The position numbers and the translations under genes are program-made. The notes under the pieces are model-generated. The model was given only the letters and a program-made list of their open reading frames with translations. It ran no database searches and had not been told where the DNA came from. Shown here piece after piece: positions 53,901 to 64,000 of a DNA stretch of 64,000 bases (position 1 is its first letter; each line of letters starts with the position of its first letter). This stretch comes from Eledone cirrhosa (taxonomy: Eukaryota), in NCBI GenBank assembly GCA_964016885.1, contig OZ024756.1, positions 19,654,001 through 19,718,000 on the forward strand, written 5' to 3'.

Positions 53901-56900
53901 GTTCTACTGACACTGTCAAATCAACTGTCTCCCCATCCACACCTACGTTAAATAACAAGTTACTTACCTAGGTCCATTTCGGGTGATAGTGTCCTCACAA
54001 ACACTATGAGAGAATTGGTGCACTCCAAGACCATAAAGAGTTGCAAAATGCTTGGAACACACATGACATCGGTAACTCATGTCTTCCTCATGACTTTTAG
54101 TGTGGGTAAGGAAGAGTTCAAGTTCTTTAAAAGTCAGTCCACATGACTTCACAACACATTTGTACACCTAGAGAAGGATAGAACATTTAGTTTCACAACA
54201 TTTTAAACCTAGAGAAGGGTGCAAAACAAGGAAAGATAACTCTCCCACTCTCATTTTGTTTCTTCTTCGTAGAGTTTTACTTAACCCTTTAGCATTTACA
54301 TTACTCTACTACTATATTTTCACAGTAAAGGCTTTATCTTACATATAATTATTTCACGTAATATGGAATCTATGAGATTTTGATGATGTTATTTATATTG
54401 AGAACAATACCTTAATGTCAGTATGAGTGGCCAGTTATGGCCGGCTGGTTTGAATAGAAAGAGGTGAGAGAATTCTGGCCAGATTAAATGCTAAAGGGTT
54501 AAATCAATGAAAATGAGTACATTGTGTGTGTGTATGTGTATATTTCATATAGTATATTGTGTGTGTGTATATATATATATATATATAAATGAAAAGTATA
54601 GAAATTATTATGAGCAAGAAGCACGCAGTATTTCATATATATATATTGTATATAATATGTATATGTATATATTGTATTGTGTGTATATTTCATATAGTAA
54701 ATTGTGTATGTTATCACTGTATTGCTAAAAATCAGACCCATTCAATTTTTACTATGTCCAATATTTGATTCATTTTAATTAATGAATATTTTAGGTTTGT
54801 TTTCCTTGCCTTTTTTTTATAATAAAAATTTAGTCATTTAGACAATAATTTGTTGTTATTAAAAAGGTAATTTTAATTAAAATTGATTGGCTAGCACCTA
54901 CTATACTATCAAGTTTTCATGCACCAGGTGTCCCTTAGTGTTTTTCTCAAATCTTTCTTGTATATTACCTGCTGACTCTTGTGCTGGACCATATGAGACT
55001 TTAACTGGAAGTAAGACTTGAACTTCTCAGGACAATACTGGCACATGTAGGAGTTGTCAACTACAACATTTAGTTTCTGTTCCTCTTCTGTCATCTAAAA
55101 GAGGATAGGAGAAAAGTGAAGAGAAAGTGGGACAGTGAAAGAGAGAGAGAAAGAGAGAATGGGGGTGAGAGAGCATTAAAGTGAAAGAGAGTCAGAATTA
55201 TTAACATTTAGTTTCTGTTCTGTCATCTAAAGGAGGAAAAGAGGGAAGTGAAGAGAAAGAGAATGGAAAAGTGCAAGTATGAGTGAGAGTGAGAGTGAGG
55301 TGTGAACTCAAGATGTAAAGGGCAGGAATAAATGCCACAAAACATTTTGTTTAGCGCTCTAACGACTTTGCCAATTCACCACCCTTAATGATATATAATC
55401 TAAGCACAAGGCTTGCAAGTTGTGGGCAGGGTAAAGTCGATTATATCTACCCCAGTATTTGACTGGTATCTTATTTTATTGATCTCAGAAGGATAAAAAG
55501 CAAAGTTGACCTCAACGGGATTTGAACTCAGAACGTAAAGGGTCATATCTAAATATCGTGAAACATTTTGTTTAACACTCTTGTGATCCTGCTAATCCAT
55601 TGCCCAATAATGATCATAATAATAATGGTTTGGGATTTAGGCACAAGGCCAGCAAACTTTTGGAGGGAGGGGAAAATCGATTAAATTGACCCTAGTCCGT
55701 TATTGATACTTTCTTTTATCAACCCCATAAGAATGAAAGGCAACGCTAACCTCAGCGGGATTTGAACCCAGAACGTAAAGGGCCGTAACTCTATGATGCA
55801 AAGCATGGTGTCTGCCACCCTACCGATACTGCCAATTTAGTGCCCTATAATAATAATAATAATTGTTTCTACTTTTTGGCACAAGGCCAGCAATTACCCA
55901 GTGTATTACTGGTACTTTATTTTATCGACCCCATAAGGATGAAAGGCAAAGTTAACCTCGGCGGGATTTGAACTCAGAATGGTAAGGGCCGTAACTCTAT
56001 GCGTCAAAGCATGGTGTCCGACCCTCTACCGATACTGTCAAATAGTTTCTGATGTAGGCACAAGGCCAATAATTTTGGAGAGGAGGAGAAAGCTGATTAA
56101 ATCGACCCCAGTATTGGTGATGATGATGATGTATGATTGATGATTGATGATAATGATTATGATGATGATGGACGATGATGATGATGATGATGACAATGAC
56201 GATAAGGTTTACCTCTTCACTGAGTGGATCTACTGGAGGCAGAGGTATGGGGGTTTGTTCGACAATATCAGCTTCTGCTTCATCAGCAGACGATGGCTGT
56301 GGAGATGGTTGCTGGGGTAATGTGGATCCCATACCACTTGGCCACACCTGGACAAAAGACATATTGAAGATGGGAAAGGTGAGAAAAGACATGTTGAAGT
56401 TTTTCTAGGCAATAACAGTAATGAAGAAAACACAATAACAACAACAAAAAACAAGAAAACATCAATAACAAATATATGAACAAACAAAATGTAGAGTTTA
56501 ACGAACCTTATGAGTGGACATGTGTTTCTTAACATTTGACTTTTGGGCAAAAGCTCGTCCACAGACTATACACTGGAATGGTTTCTCACCCGTATGAGAG
56601 CGGATATGCTGCTGGAGATCAAAGTTTTTTGAAAAATATTTATTACAAAGCTGACACTGAAGTTTTTTCTTGCTCCAACTACCTGAATGACCCTCAGCGC
56701 TGTCCGCCGTGGTCATTATCGTTTCCTTCACACTGCGAAGTTTCAATGGCTGCTGAAGGTCAACCTCTTGTGGAATCGATGGTAAGATAGTGATGATATT
56801 GTTTTGCTGTATCAGCTTCCGACCTAGAACAAAATGTATGAAACTTTGTTAATTCCCTTTCGACAACCTCTCAAGTGTTGGTGGGAGATCTACTCTTGGG

Positions 56901-57838
56901 TCCCAAATAATAGGAGGATGGTGGAGTGGAATAAGCTGGTGTCATGATGAAATATACCCAACCCACTCTGTAAAGTGGTAGTCAAGGTGCCATGATAAAT
57001 CACACCCAGTCCACTCTGTAAAGTGGTAGTCAAGGTGCCATGATAAATCACACCCAGTCCACTCTGTAAAGTGGTAGTCAAGATGCCTCGATAAATCACA
57101 CCCAGTCCACTCTGTAATGTGGTAGTAGCGGTGACAATAATAAATCACACCCAGCTCGCCCAATAAAGTGGTAGTGCTGGTGCCACAATAAAATCCACCC
57201 AGTACACTCTGTAAAGTAGCAGTGTTGGTGTTATGATAAAACACACCCAGCCCACCATGTAAAGTAGTAGTGTTGGTGCCATGATAAAATACACCCAGTA
57301 TAGTCTGTTAAGTGGTAGTTTTGGTGCTATGGCAAAACAGGCCCAACTCACTCTGTAAAGTGGTTCTGTGGTGCCATGATAAAATACACTCAGTATATTC
57401 TGTAAAGTAATAGTATTGGTGCCACGATAAAACACCCAGTACACACTGTAAAGTAGTAGTATTGGTGCCACGATAAAACACACCCAGTACACTCTGTAAA
57501 GTAGTAGTATTGGTGCCATGATAAAACACACCCAGTACACTCTGTAAAGTGTGGTTTGAGGAGGGAGGAGGGTTGGCTACTATTTCTAGCAGAGTCTTCT
57601 TCATGTTGAACATGATGATGATGGTGGTGGTGGTGATGATGATGGTGGTGGCGATGATGATGGTGGTGGAGGTGGTGGTGGTGGTGATGATGGTGGTGGT
57701 GGAGGTGATGATGGTGATGATGGTGAAGGTGATGGGGAAATGATTATGGTTGCTTTATCACCTGACCGAGGAGGTTGTGTTTTGTTGAGAACATTTATAC
57801 TAGCTGCTGTAATGGTCACTGCATTACTATTCTGCAGC

Positions 57839-57870
<32 letters not shown>

Positions 57871-60800
57871 TTGTTGCTGTTGTTGTTGTTGTTGCAGCTG
57901 CTGTTGTTGTTGATGTAGTTGGGCTTGTTGATAGAATATTTTATCATTGGCCTGAGTGGTCAACGTAGTAGTGTTCATATGTTGTTGCTGTTGCTGTTTT
58001 TGCACCTGTTGTGAGATGGCTTGCAACTGTTGACTAGCAACAGGGTCCCCAGCGTAGACAGTGGTGTTGTTGTTGTTGCTGTTGTTGTTGGTAGTGGTGA
58101 CGACAGCCGATGAGGTAACATTACTGAAAATGGTAGTGATGTTCGGAGTGGTAGTGTTACGGGCCACAGTATTTGGTACTGTCGACACCACCTGAGAGAG
58201 GAAAGGACCTGATTGAACAGCAGCAGTTTGCTGGAAGAAACAGATACAATAGAAATATCATCATCATCATTGTTCTGATAACAAAATAACATTAACATTA
58301 ACCCATTTCATACCAACTATTAGTCTTGTTAGAAAGTCTAAGGCAGGTACTATAGTCTTGTTAGAAAGTCTAAGGCAGGTACTATAGTCTTGTTAGAAAG
58401 TCTAAGGCAGGTACTATAGTCTTGTTAGAAAGTCTAAGGCAGGTACTATAGTCTTGTTAGAAAGTCTAAGGCAGGTACTATAGTCTTGTTAGAAAGTCTA
58501 AGGCAGGTACTATAGTCTTGTTAGAATGTCTAAGGCAGGTACTATAGTCTTGTTAGAAAGTCTAAGGCAGGTACTATAGTCTTGTTAGAAAGTCTAAGGC
58601 AGGTACTATAGTTTTGTTAGAATGTCTAAGGCAGGTACTATAGACTTGTTAGAATGTCTAAAGCAGGTACTATAGACTTGTTAGGATGTCTAAGGCAGGT
58701 ACTATAGTCTTGTTAGAAAGTCTAAGGCAGGTACTATAGTCTTGTTAGAATGTCTAAGGCAGGTACTATAGTCTTGTTAGAATGTCTAAGGCAGGTACTA
58801 TAGACTTGTTAGAAAGTCTAAGGCAGGTACTATAGTCTTGTTAGAATGTCTAAGGCAGGTACTATAGTCTTGTGGTTAGAATGTCTTAGGCAGGTACTAT
58901 AGTCTTGATAGAATGTGAAACGGTAAGAGGGAATCACTATGCCAATATGTTATGAATGTTTTTTTGTTGGGGCCAAGTATCTTGTTTTTATAGGATAAAC
59001 TGAATCCCTTTAAAGTGGTGCTCCAGCATGGCTACAGTCTAATGAGTGGAACTAGTTATAGCGGTGTAATAGAATAAATACAGACAACATCTCACCATTG
59101 TTTGGACATGTTGAAGGTTTTGGTCTATAGTATCTAGTGACATGAGTTCCTCTGTGAGAATGTTCTGGGTTAGTTGGTTAAGTGGTGATGGTGGTACCGC
59201 ACTGTATGTCAAGATGGGCTGAAATATAAAGGAAAAAAAAACTAACGAAATGATCTTTTAAAACATTCATATCTATCATCATCATCATCAGTGTTTTTAT
59301 GTCTGTTTTTCCACGCTTGCATGGGTTGGACGGGTCCTTCTCAGCATGGCATCTCTCCACTCATCGTATTACTCATCATCTGCTCTGAAAAAGGGTCCCC
59401 AGCTCATGCTGAGGTGGGGTTGGCATCAGGAAGGGCATACAGCCATAGAAAAACCAAGCCCGAAATAGATCGTATGAGCAAGATGTGGTCACCTGAGCTG
59501 CTATCTGGCCTCATAATGTGACAGCTGGTATACTTCATGCAAGCATGGAAAATAAATGTTAAACAGTGATGATGCTGATGATGATGATGGATAGTAAGAA
59601 AATAGTAACAAGCAGCCCCCCCCCCCCCCCCCATCACCACCTTTCTATATAATACTACAAGTAGTAGCAATATAGATTGAGGTTTTAGTATGGACCAGAA
59701 CAGGTAACTCTGAAAACTCACCTGGATTTCATACTGGGGTTCTGCAGTCTGTTGGCCAGCAAAGGTTTTCTGTTGCTGTACAGAATGAGAAATGAAAATT
59801 GTTAATGTATATAAGATGTAGTTTTAATATACTAGGATTTTTTTCAACATGCTGACACATATGCGTATATGTGTGTGAGTGTGTGCATGTGCATACGCAT
59901 AGATTTATATGTATAAATATATAAATATAAACGCACACAGGCACACTTACAAAAATACATACTCAGACATGCATTCGCACAAATACTCACACAAACATAC
60001 ACATACATTCACACAAACACACATATACATTCACACAAACATACACATACATTCACACAAACATACACATATATTCACACAAACATACACATACATTCAC
60101 ACAAACATACACATATATTCACACAAACATACACATACATTCACACAAACATACACATACATTCACACAAACATACACATACATTCACACACATACATTC
60201 ACACAAACATACACATATATTTACATGAACATACACATATATTTACATAAACATACATTTACATAAACATACACATACATTCACACAAACACACACATAC
60301 ATTCACACGAACATACACATATATTTACATGAACATACACATATATTTACATGAACATACACATATATTTACATAAACATACATTCACACAAACATACAC
60401 ATACATTCACACAAACATATACATTCACACAAACATACACATACATTCACACAAACATATACATACATTCACACAAACATACACATACATTCACACAAAC
60501 ATACACATACATTCACACAAACATACACATACATTCACACAAACATACACATACATTCACACGAACATACACATATATTCACACAAACATACACGTACAT
60601 TTACATAAACACACACATACATTTACACAAACACACACATACATTTACACAAACACACACATACATTTACACAAACATACACATACATTCACACAAACAT
60701 ACACGTACATTTACATAAACACACACATACATTCACACAAACACACACATACATTCACACAAACATACACATATATTTACATAAACATACATTTACATAA

Positions 60801-62624
60801 ACATACACATACACATACATTCACACAAACATACACATACATTCACACAAACATACACATACATTCACACAAACATACACGTACATTTACATAAACACAC
60901 ACATACATTTACACAAACACACACATACATTTACACAAACACACACATACATTCACACAAACATACACATACATTCACACAAACATATACATACATTTAC
61001 ACAAACATACACATACATTCACACAAACATACACATACATTCACACAAACATACACATACATTCACACAAACATACACGTACATTTACATAAACACACAC
61101 ATACATTTACACAAACACACACATACATTTACACAAACACACATACATTTACATAAACATACACATACATTCACACAAACATATACATTCACACAAACAT
61201 ACACATACATTCACACAAACACACATACATTCACACAAACATACACATACATTCACACAAACATACACATACATTCACACAAACATACACATACATTCAC
61301 ACAAACACACACATACATTCACACAAACATACACATACATTCACACAAACACACAAACATACACATACATTCACACAAACATACACATACATTTACATAA
61401 ACATACATTCACACAAACACACACATACATTTACACAAACACACACATACATTCACACAAACATACACATACATTCACACAAATATACACATACTCTCAG
61501 ATACAACAACAACCAGCCACCACTATCACAACAACAACAACAATAGCAACAACTAGTAAACTCCTATTTCCAAATCTAATGTGATCTCACCTGTCGCTGA
61601 ATCTGTTGGTTTGAGTTTGTAAATGAGACAGTCTGGTTTGGAGGGGCAGCTTGTGAAACAACAGCTCCAGCCACATTTGTATTTGTGGGTCGGAGAGAGT
61701 TCTGATTCAGTACAGACAGAGTACATTGTACCTGCTTGTGGGTGACAAAAGCTGTGAGGGACGTAAACTGCTTTTTACACCGTCCACATTGAAATATGTC
61801 ATCTTCTTCTGTTGGAAAAAAAGAGCAACAATGAGAGTGAATAACAGTAATAACAATAATAGTAATAGTGAAATCATCAACTCTAAGAATTATTACCATG
61901 AGTATCTAGAGGAGCATGTGGTTAGGATGTGTCAGGAAAGAATTGCTGGACAGATTTTACGGGCAAAACCAACCGGCAAGAGACCCAGGGGTAGACCTCA
62001 AGCAAGATGGTTGGATAACATCCATGAGCTTTACAAAAATCTCTCTAGTGTTGGTGATAGGAAGGGCATCCATCCATAGAAAGCCCAGCAAACAAAGGGT
62101 TGTGTCAAGGACATGACAGCCTCCCTAGGGTTGGTAATCTACACAATAAAAGTATCCAGTAAAAAACCGTAAATATTGGATGTGGTTCATAAAAATGCCT
62201 ATAACCGTCAAATCATAATGTAAAATATAGGCTGGCAAATACGGTATATTGTTATTAATAATTTAGCATTAAAAAGAGTGAAAAAATATATATTGCCATG
62301 AAAAACGCCATTAAAATATCGCAGAAGATATTTTAACGAATATGTGGTGGTTTTCACGAACAATTATTAGTTAGGTTCTAAGGAAAATTCCGTGAATAAC
62401 CGGGACTGCGAATATGTTGGGGTATACTCTATATGGTAAATGACACTTGCTTAAGATGCCATACAGTGATATCAAACCCAGGCCCTAATTTCTAAACCAT
62501 TTTAGCCCTGCTGACATATCAGTAAACTTACCTTGCTGTGTTTGAGATTGTTCTGTTACATTTTGAGATTCTAATAAAGATTGAACTGCTAGAGCTGTTT
62601 GATTCTCCGCAGCACTGGGGCCAC
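45781..62624 (-). CDS. ZNF341: ZNF341-like C2H2 zinc finger transcription factor; spliced, 5'-partial, 12 coding exons in window
   Basis: GT-AG exons in consistent phase: 62624-62532, 61808-61591, 59775-59722, 59218-59096, 58191-57762, 56823-56507, 56347-56213, 55094-54969, 54167-53968, 52250-52090, 50560-50360, 46889-45781 (3167 nt). Peptides [102 protein letters not shown] and [13 protein letters not shown] match vertebrate ZNF341 as recalled. About 13 fingers. Confidence 0.93.
46922..50290. repeat. 46-bp minisatellite grading into diverged 22-24-bp monomers; fills the last ZNF341 intron
   Basis: cagatactagcatgagtggtcaaactgatactgacataataatggt. Confidence 0.96.
50360..50560 (-). CDS. ZNF341: ZNF341 exon, fingers 9-10 and start of 11
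   Basis: [62 protein letters not shown]; acacag acceptor, gtaaga donor. Confidence 0.93.
50737..50773 (-). ncRNA. Minimal hammerhead-like motif in a ZNF341 intron, sense orientation
   Basis: uuuu CUGAUGA AGGA-cuagc-UUCU GAAA CAU UA^ aga; core intact, helix I weak. Confidence 0.55.
51483..52072 (-). mobile_element. Non-autonomous Helitron in a ZNF341 intron
   Basis: Reverse complement of the 38477-39065 family, with TC and CTAG ends. Confidence 0.78.
52090..52250 (-). CDS. ZNF341: ZNF341 exon, fingers 7-8; not in ORF track
   Basis: [53 protein letters not shown]; tttcag acceptor, gtacag donor. Confidence 0.93.
52282..52479. mobile_element. Mariner-type MITE; also 20343-20540 and 63457-63778
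   Basis: TIRs cgagggtcagctaaaaagttcat / atgaacttttcagctggccctca with TA flanks. Confidence 0.75.
53040..53470 (-). pseudogene. Degenerate RTE 3' fragment; smaller pieces at 11405-11510, 20670-20840, 43575-43740, 61900-62030
   Basis: Motifs such as WYGHVM and [14 protein letters not shown]. Confidence 0.6.
53511..53790 (+). mobile_element. Second tRNA-derived SINE family, CORE-like; also about 945-1055, 3105-3250, 5740-5940, 11150-11240, 44800-44948, 63860-64000
   Basis: tggcctagtggtaag A box, ggattcaattcc B box, then gtgttcttaagcaaaacactt...ctcagctg central block. Confidence 0.7.
53968..54167 (-). CDS. ZNF341: ZNF341 exon, fingers 5-6
   Basis: VYKCVVKSC...HTKSH...YRCHVCSK...HQFSH; ctctag acceptor, gtaagt donor. 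Confidence 0.92.
54285..54498. mobile_element. piggyBac-type MITE; also 51022-51289 and 15056-15253
   Basis: TTAA|CCCTTTAGCATTT ... AAATGCTAAAGGG|TTAA. Confidence 0.75.
54969..55094 (-). CDS. ZNF341: ZNF341 exon, finger 4
   Basis: [28 protein letters not shown]; ttttag acceptor, gtaata donor. Confidence 0.92.
55300..56112 (-). mobile_element. Cluster of about five tRNA-SINE copies or fragments in a ZNF341 intron
   Basis: Same consensus on the minus strand. Confidence 0.8.
56213..56347 (-). CDS. ZNF341: ZNF341 linker exon ([14 protein letters not shown]...EE)
   Basis: gtccag acceptor, gtaaac donor, 135 nt; restores the HK|VWP junction. Confidence 0.87.
56507..56823 (-). CDS. ZNF341: ZNF341 exon, fingers 2-3
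   Basis: ttctag acceptor; [53 protein letters not shown]. Confidence 0.93.
56940..57552. repeat. About 48-bp diverged minisatellite
   Basis: ataaatcacacccagtccactctgtaaagtggtagtcaaggtgccatg variants. Confidence 0.85.
57762..58191 (-). CDS. ZNF341: ZNF341 low-complexity exon with poly-Q and N/T-rich tracts
   Basis: ctctcag acceptor, open frame; gtgata donor at 57761 gives phase 1, matching the next exon. Confidence 0.75.
58321..58915. repeat. 32-bp minisatellite, about 18 copies
   Basis: tagtcttgttagaaagtctaaggcaggtacta. Confidence 0.95.
59096..59218 (-). CDS. ZNF341: ZNF341 exon ([33 protein letters not shown]...)
   Basis: tttcag acceptor, gtgaga donor, 123 nt; resembles the vertebrate TYITVPPSPL motif. 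Confidence 0.85.
59722..59775 (-). CDS. ZNF341: Putative 54-nt ZNF341 exon ([18 protein letters not shown])
   Basis: Pyrimidine tract plus tacag acceptor, gtgagt donor, phase 0-0, open frame; no homology support. Confidence 0.65.
59980..61492. repeat. CA-rich compound repeat, about 22-bp unit
   Basis: acacaaacatacacatacattc variants. Confidence 0.92.
61591..61808 (-). CDS. ZNF341: ZNF341 exon with first (C2HC-type) finger
   Basis: ccaacag acceptor, gtgaga donor; [29 protein letters not shown]. Confidence 0.92.
62532..62624 (-). CDS. ZNF341: ZNF341 exon, N-terminal ([30 protein letters not shown]); not in ORF track
   Basis: ttacag acceptor, gtaagt donor, 93 nt, phase 1-1; resembles the ZNF341 DNQTVLAVQSLL motif. 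Confidence 0.88.
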
Positions 62625-62671
62625 CTGTAAATAAATATACATTAAAATATGGTCAGGGTGAGGATATATAC

Positions 62672-63449
62672 CAGAGGTTCTCAAAGTGGGCGCTACCACC
62701 CCCTGGAGGAGGGGGGGGGCGTTGAGAAGATCCAGGGGGCGCTAGGGCCTTAGGGGGTGGTAGAGACGATAAAATAGTATATTAATTATCAAATGATACA
62801 TACTATATATAAATAAAGCGGTGGATTGTCAGTATCAGTTAAGGGTTGGACACCATGCTTTGTAGCATAAAGTTATGGCTCTTTGCAGTTTAAGTTCAAA
62901 TCCTGCTGAGGTTAACTTTGCATTTCATCCTTAAAATAAAGTACCAGTAATGCACTGTGGCAATTGCTGGCCTTGCGCCCCAAAAAGAAACAATTATATA
63001 TAAATATAGTAAAAAAAAAAATATATATAATATTTATTTAGACACAGTTTATATTATATTGGCGTCCGACCCTTTACCGATACTGCCAATCCACCGCCCC
63101 TAAATTTATATATAATAAATAATTGTTTTTACTTTAGGCACAAGGCCAGCAATTAACCAGTGCATTACTGGTACTTTATTTTATTGACCCCGTAAGGATG
63201 AGAGGTTGACTTTGCCTTTCATCCTTACGGGGTCGATAAAATAAAGTGCCAGTAATGTACTGGGTAATTGCTGGCCTTGTGCCAATAGTAGAAACAATTA
63301 TTTATTATATATAAATTAATGATTTTATTTATTATATATTATTTACAATTTGCGTGTAGGCAGGTCTCTTTGGAAATAGGGGTGGGGACGCTGAGGGTAT
63401 TACGTGGGTGTGAGGTGGGGCAGTGGCCCCAAAAGTTTGAGAACCTCTG
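62672..63449. mobile_element. hAT-type MITE with nested SINEs
   Basis: TIRs CAGAGGTTCTCAAA / TTTGAGAACCTCTG; 8-bp TSD ATATATAC on both sides. Confidence 0.85.
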
Positions 63450-64000
63450 ATATATACGAAGGTTGGCTGAGAAGTACATAGGCTGACCAAGATACTCTCA
63501 TGGAATGACCAAATGAAGTTTATTTTTCAAAATAGTCGTTGGTAAGAAACAATGCAGTTATTAATAAGAAAAGTTGAAATTAATGCATGCAAAATTTCAC
63601 AGCTCTAGCATCAGTCCTTCATAGGCTGACCAAGATACTCATGGAATGACCAAATAGAGTTTATTTTTCAACATAGTCCTTGGAAAGAAACAAGGCAGTT
63701 ATTAATAAGAAAAGTTTTAATTAATGCATGCAAGATTTCACAGCTCTAGCATCACTCCTTCATAGCCAGCCAACTCTTATAATCTACATATGATGGATTC
63801 TCCATTAGTTTCAATCACCAACATTCTGTTGTTTAATCCTATGACCCTCCTATTCTTAGCCATATGGCCTAATGGTTAGGATGCTTGACGTATGATCATA
63901 ATATTATCGGTTCAATTCCTTTTATTTCACATTGCTCCAGTAAACTCAGCTGAAAGTGAGTACCAGCAGTAGCCAGGGAGTTAATCCTGCGATTGATCGT

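Noticed and set aside
57601-57761. Pro/Ser-rich extension of the 57601-58191 ORF
   Set aside because: Intronic (GAT/GGT)n microsatellite after the predicted donor; ends in a stop, and phase fits splicing at 57762.

Overview
Eukaryotic, AT-rich, repeat-dense animal DNA. The SINE and microsatellite content suggests a cephalopod, probably Octopus (inference). The right third holds one protein-coding gene on the minus strand, a ZNF341 orthologue. I reconstructed 12 phase-consistent coding exons (62624 to stop at 45781, about 1054 codons); its first exon appears to lie beyond the window. The rest is tRNA-derived SINEs, RTE-type LINE fragments, non-autonomous Helitrons, mariner/Tc1, hAT and piggyBac-type MITEs, and large minisatellites. 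The two >1000-aa ORFs are artefacts of a 39-bp array. The main unannotated signal is about 15 complete or partial type I hammerhead ribozyme motifs from roughly 8-10 unrelated short repeat families. They sit in or beside (TA)n tracts, often as inverted or tandem partial copies whose breakpoints fall in the ribozyme. This fits non-autonomous Penelope-like/retrozyme elements, although no Penelope ORF is present. All structures were folded by eye; no searches were run, and repeat boundaries are approximate.
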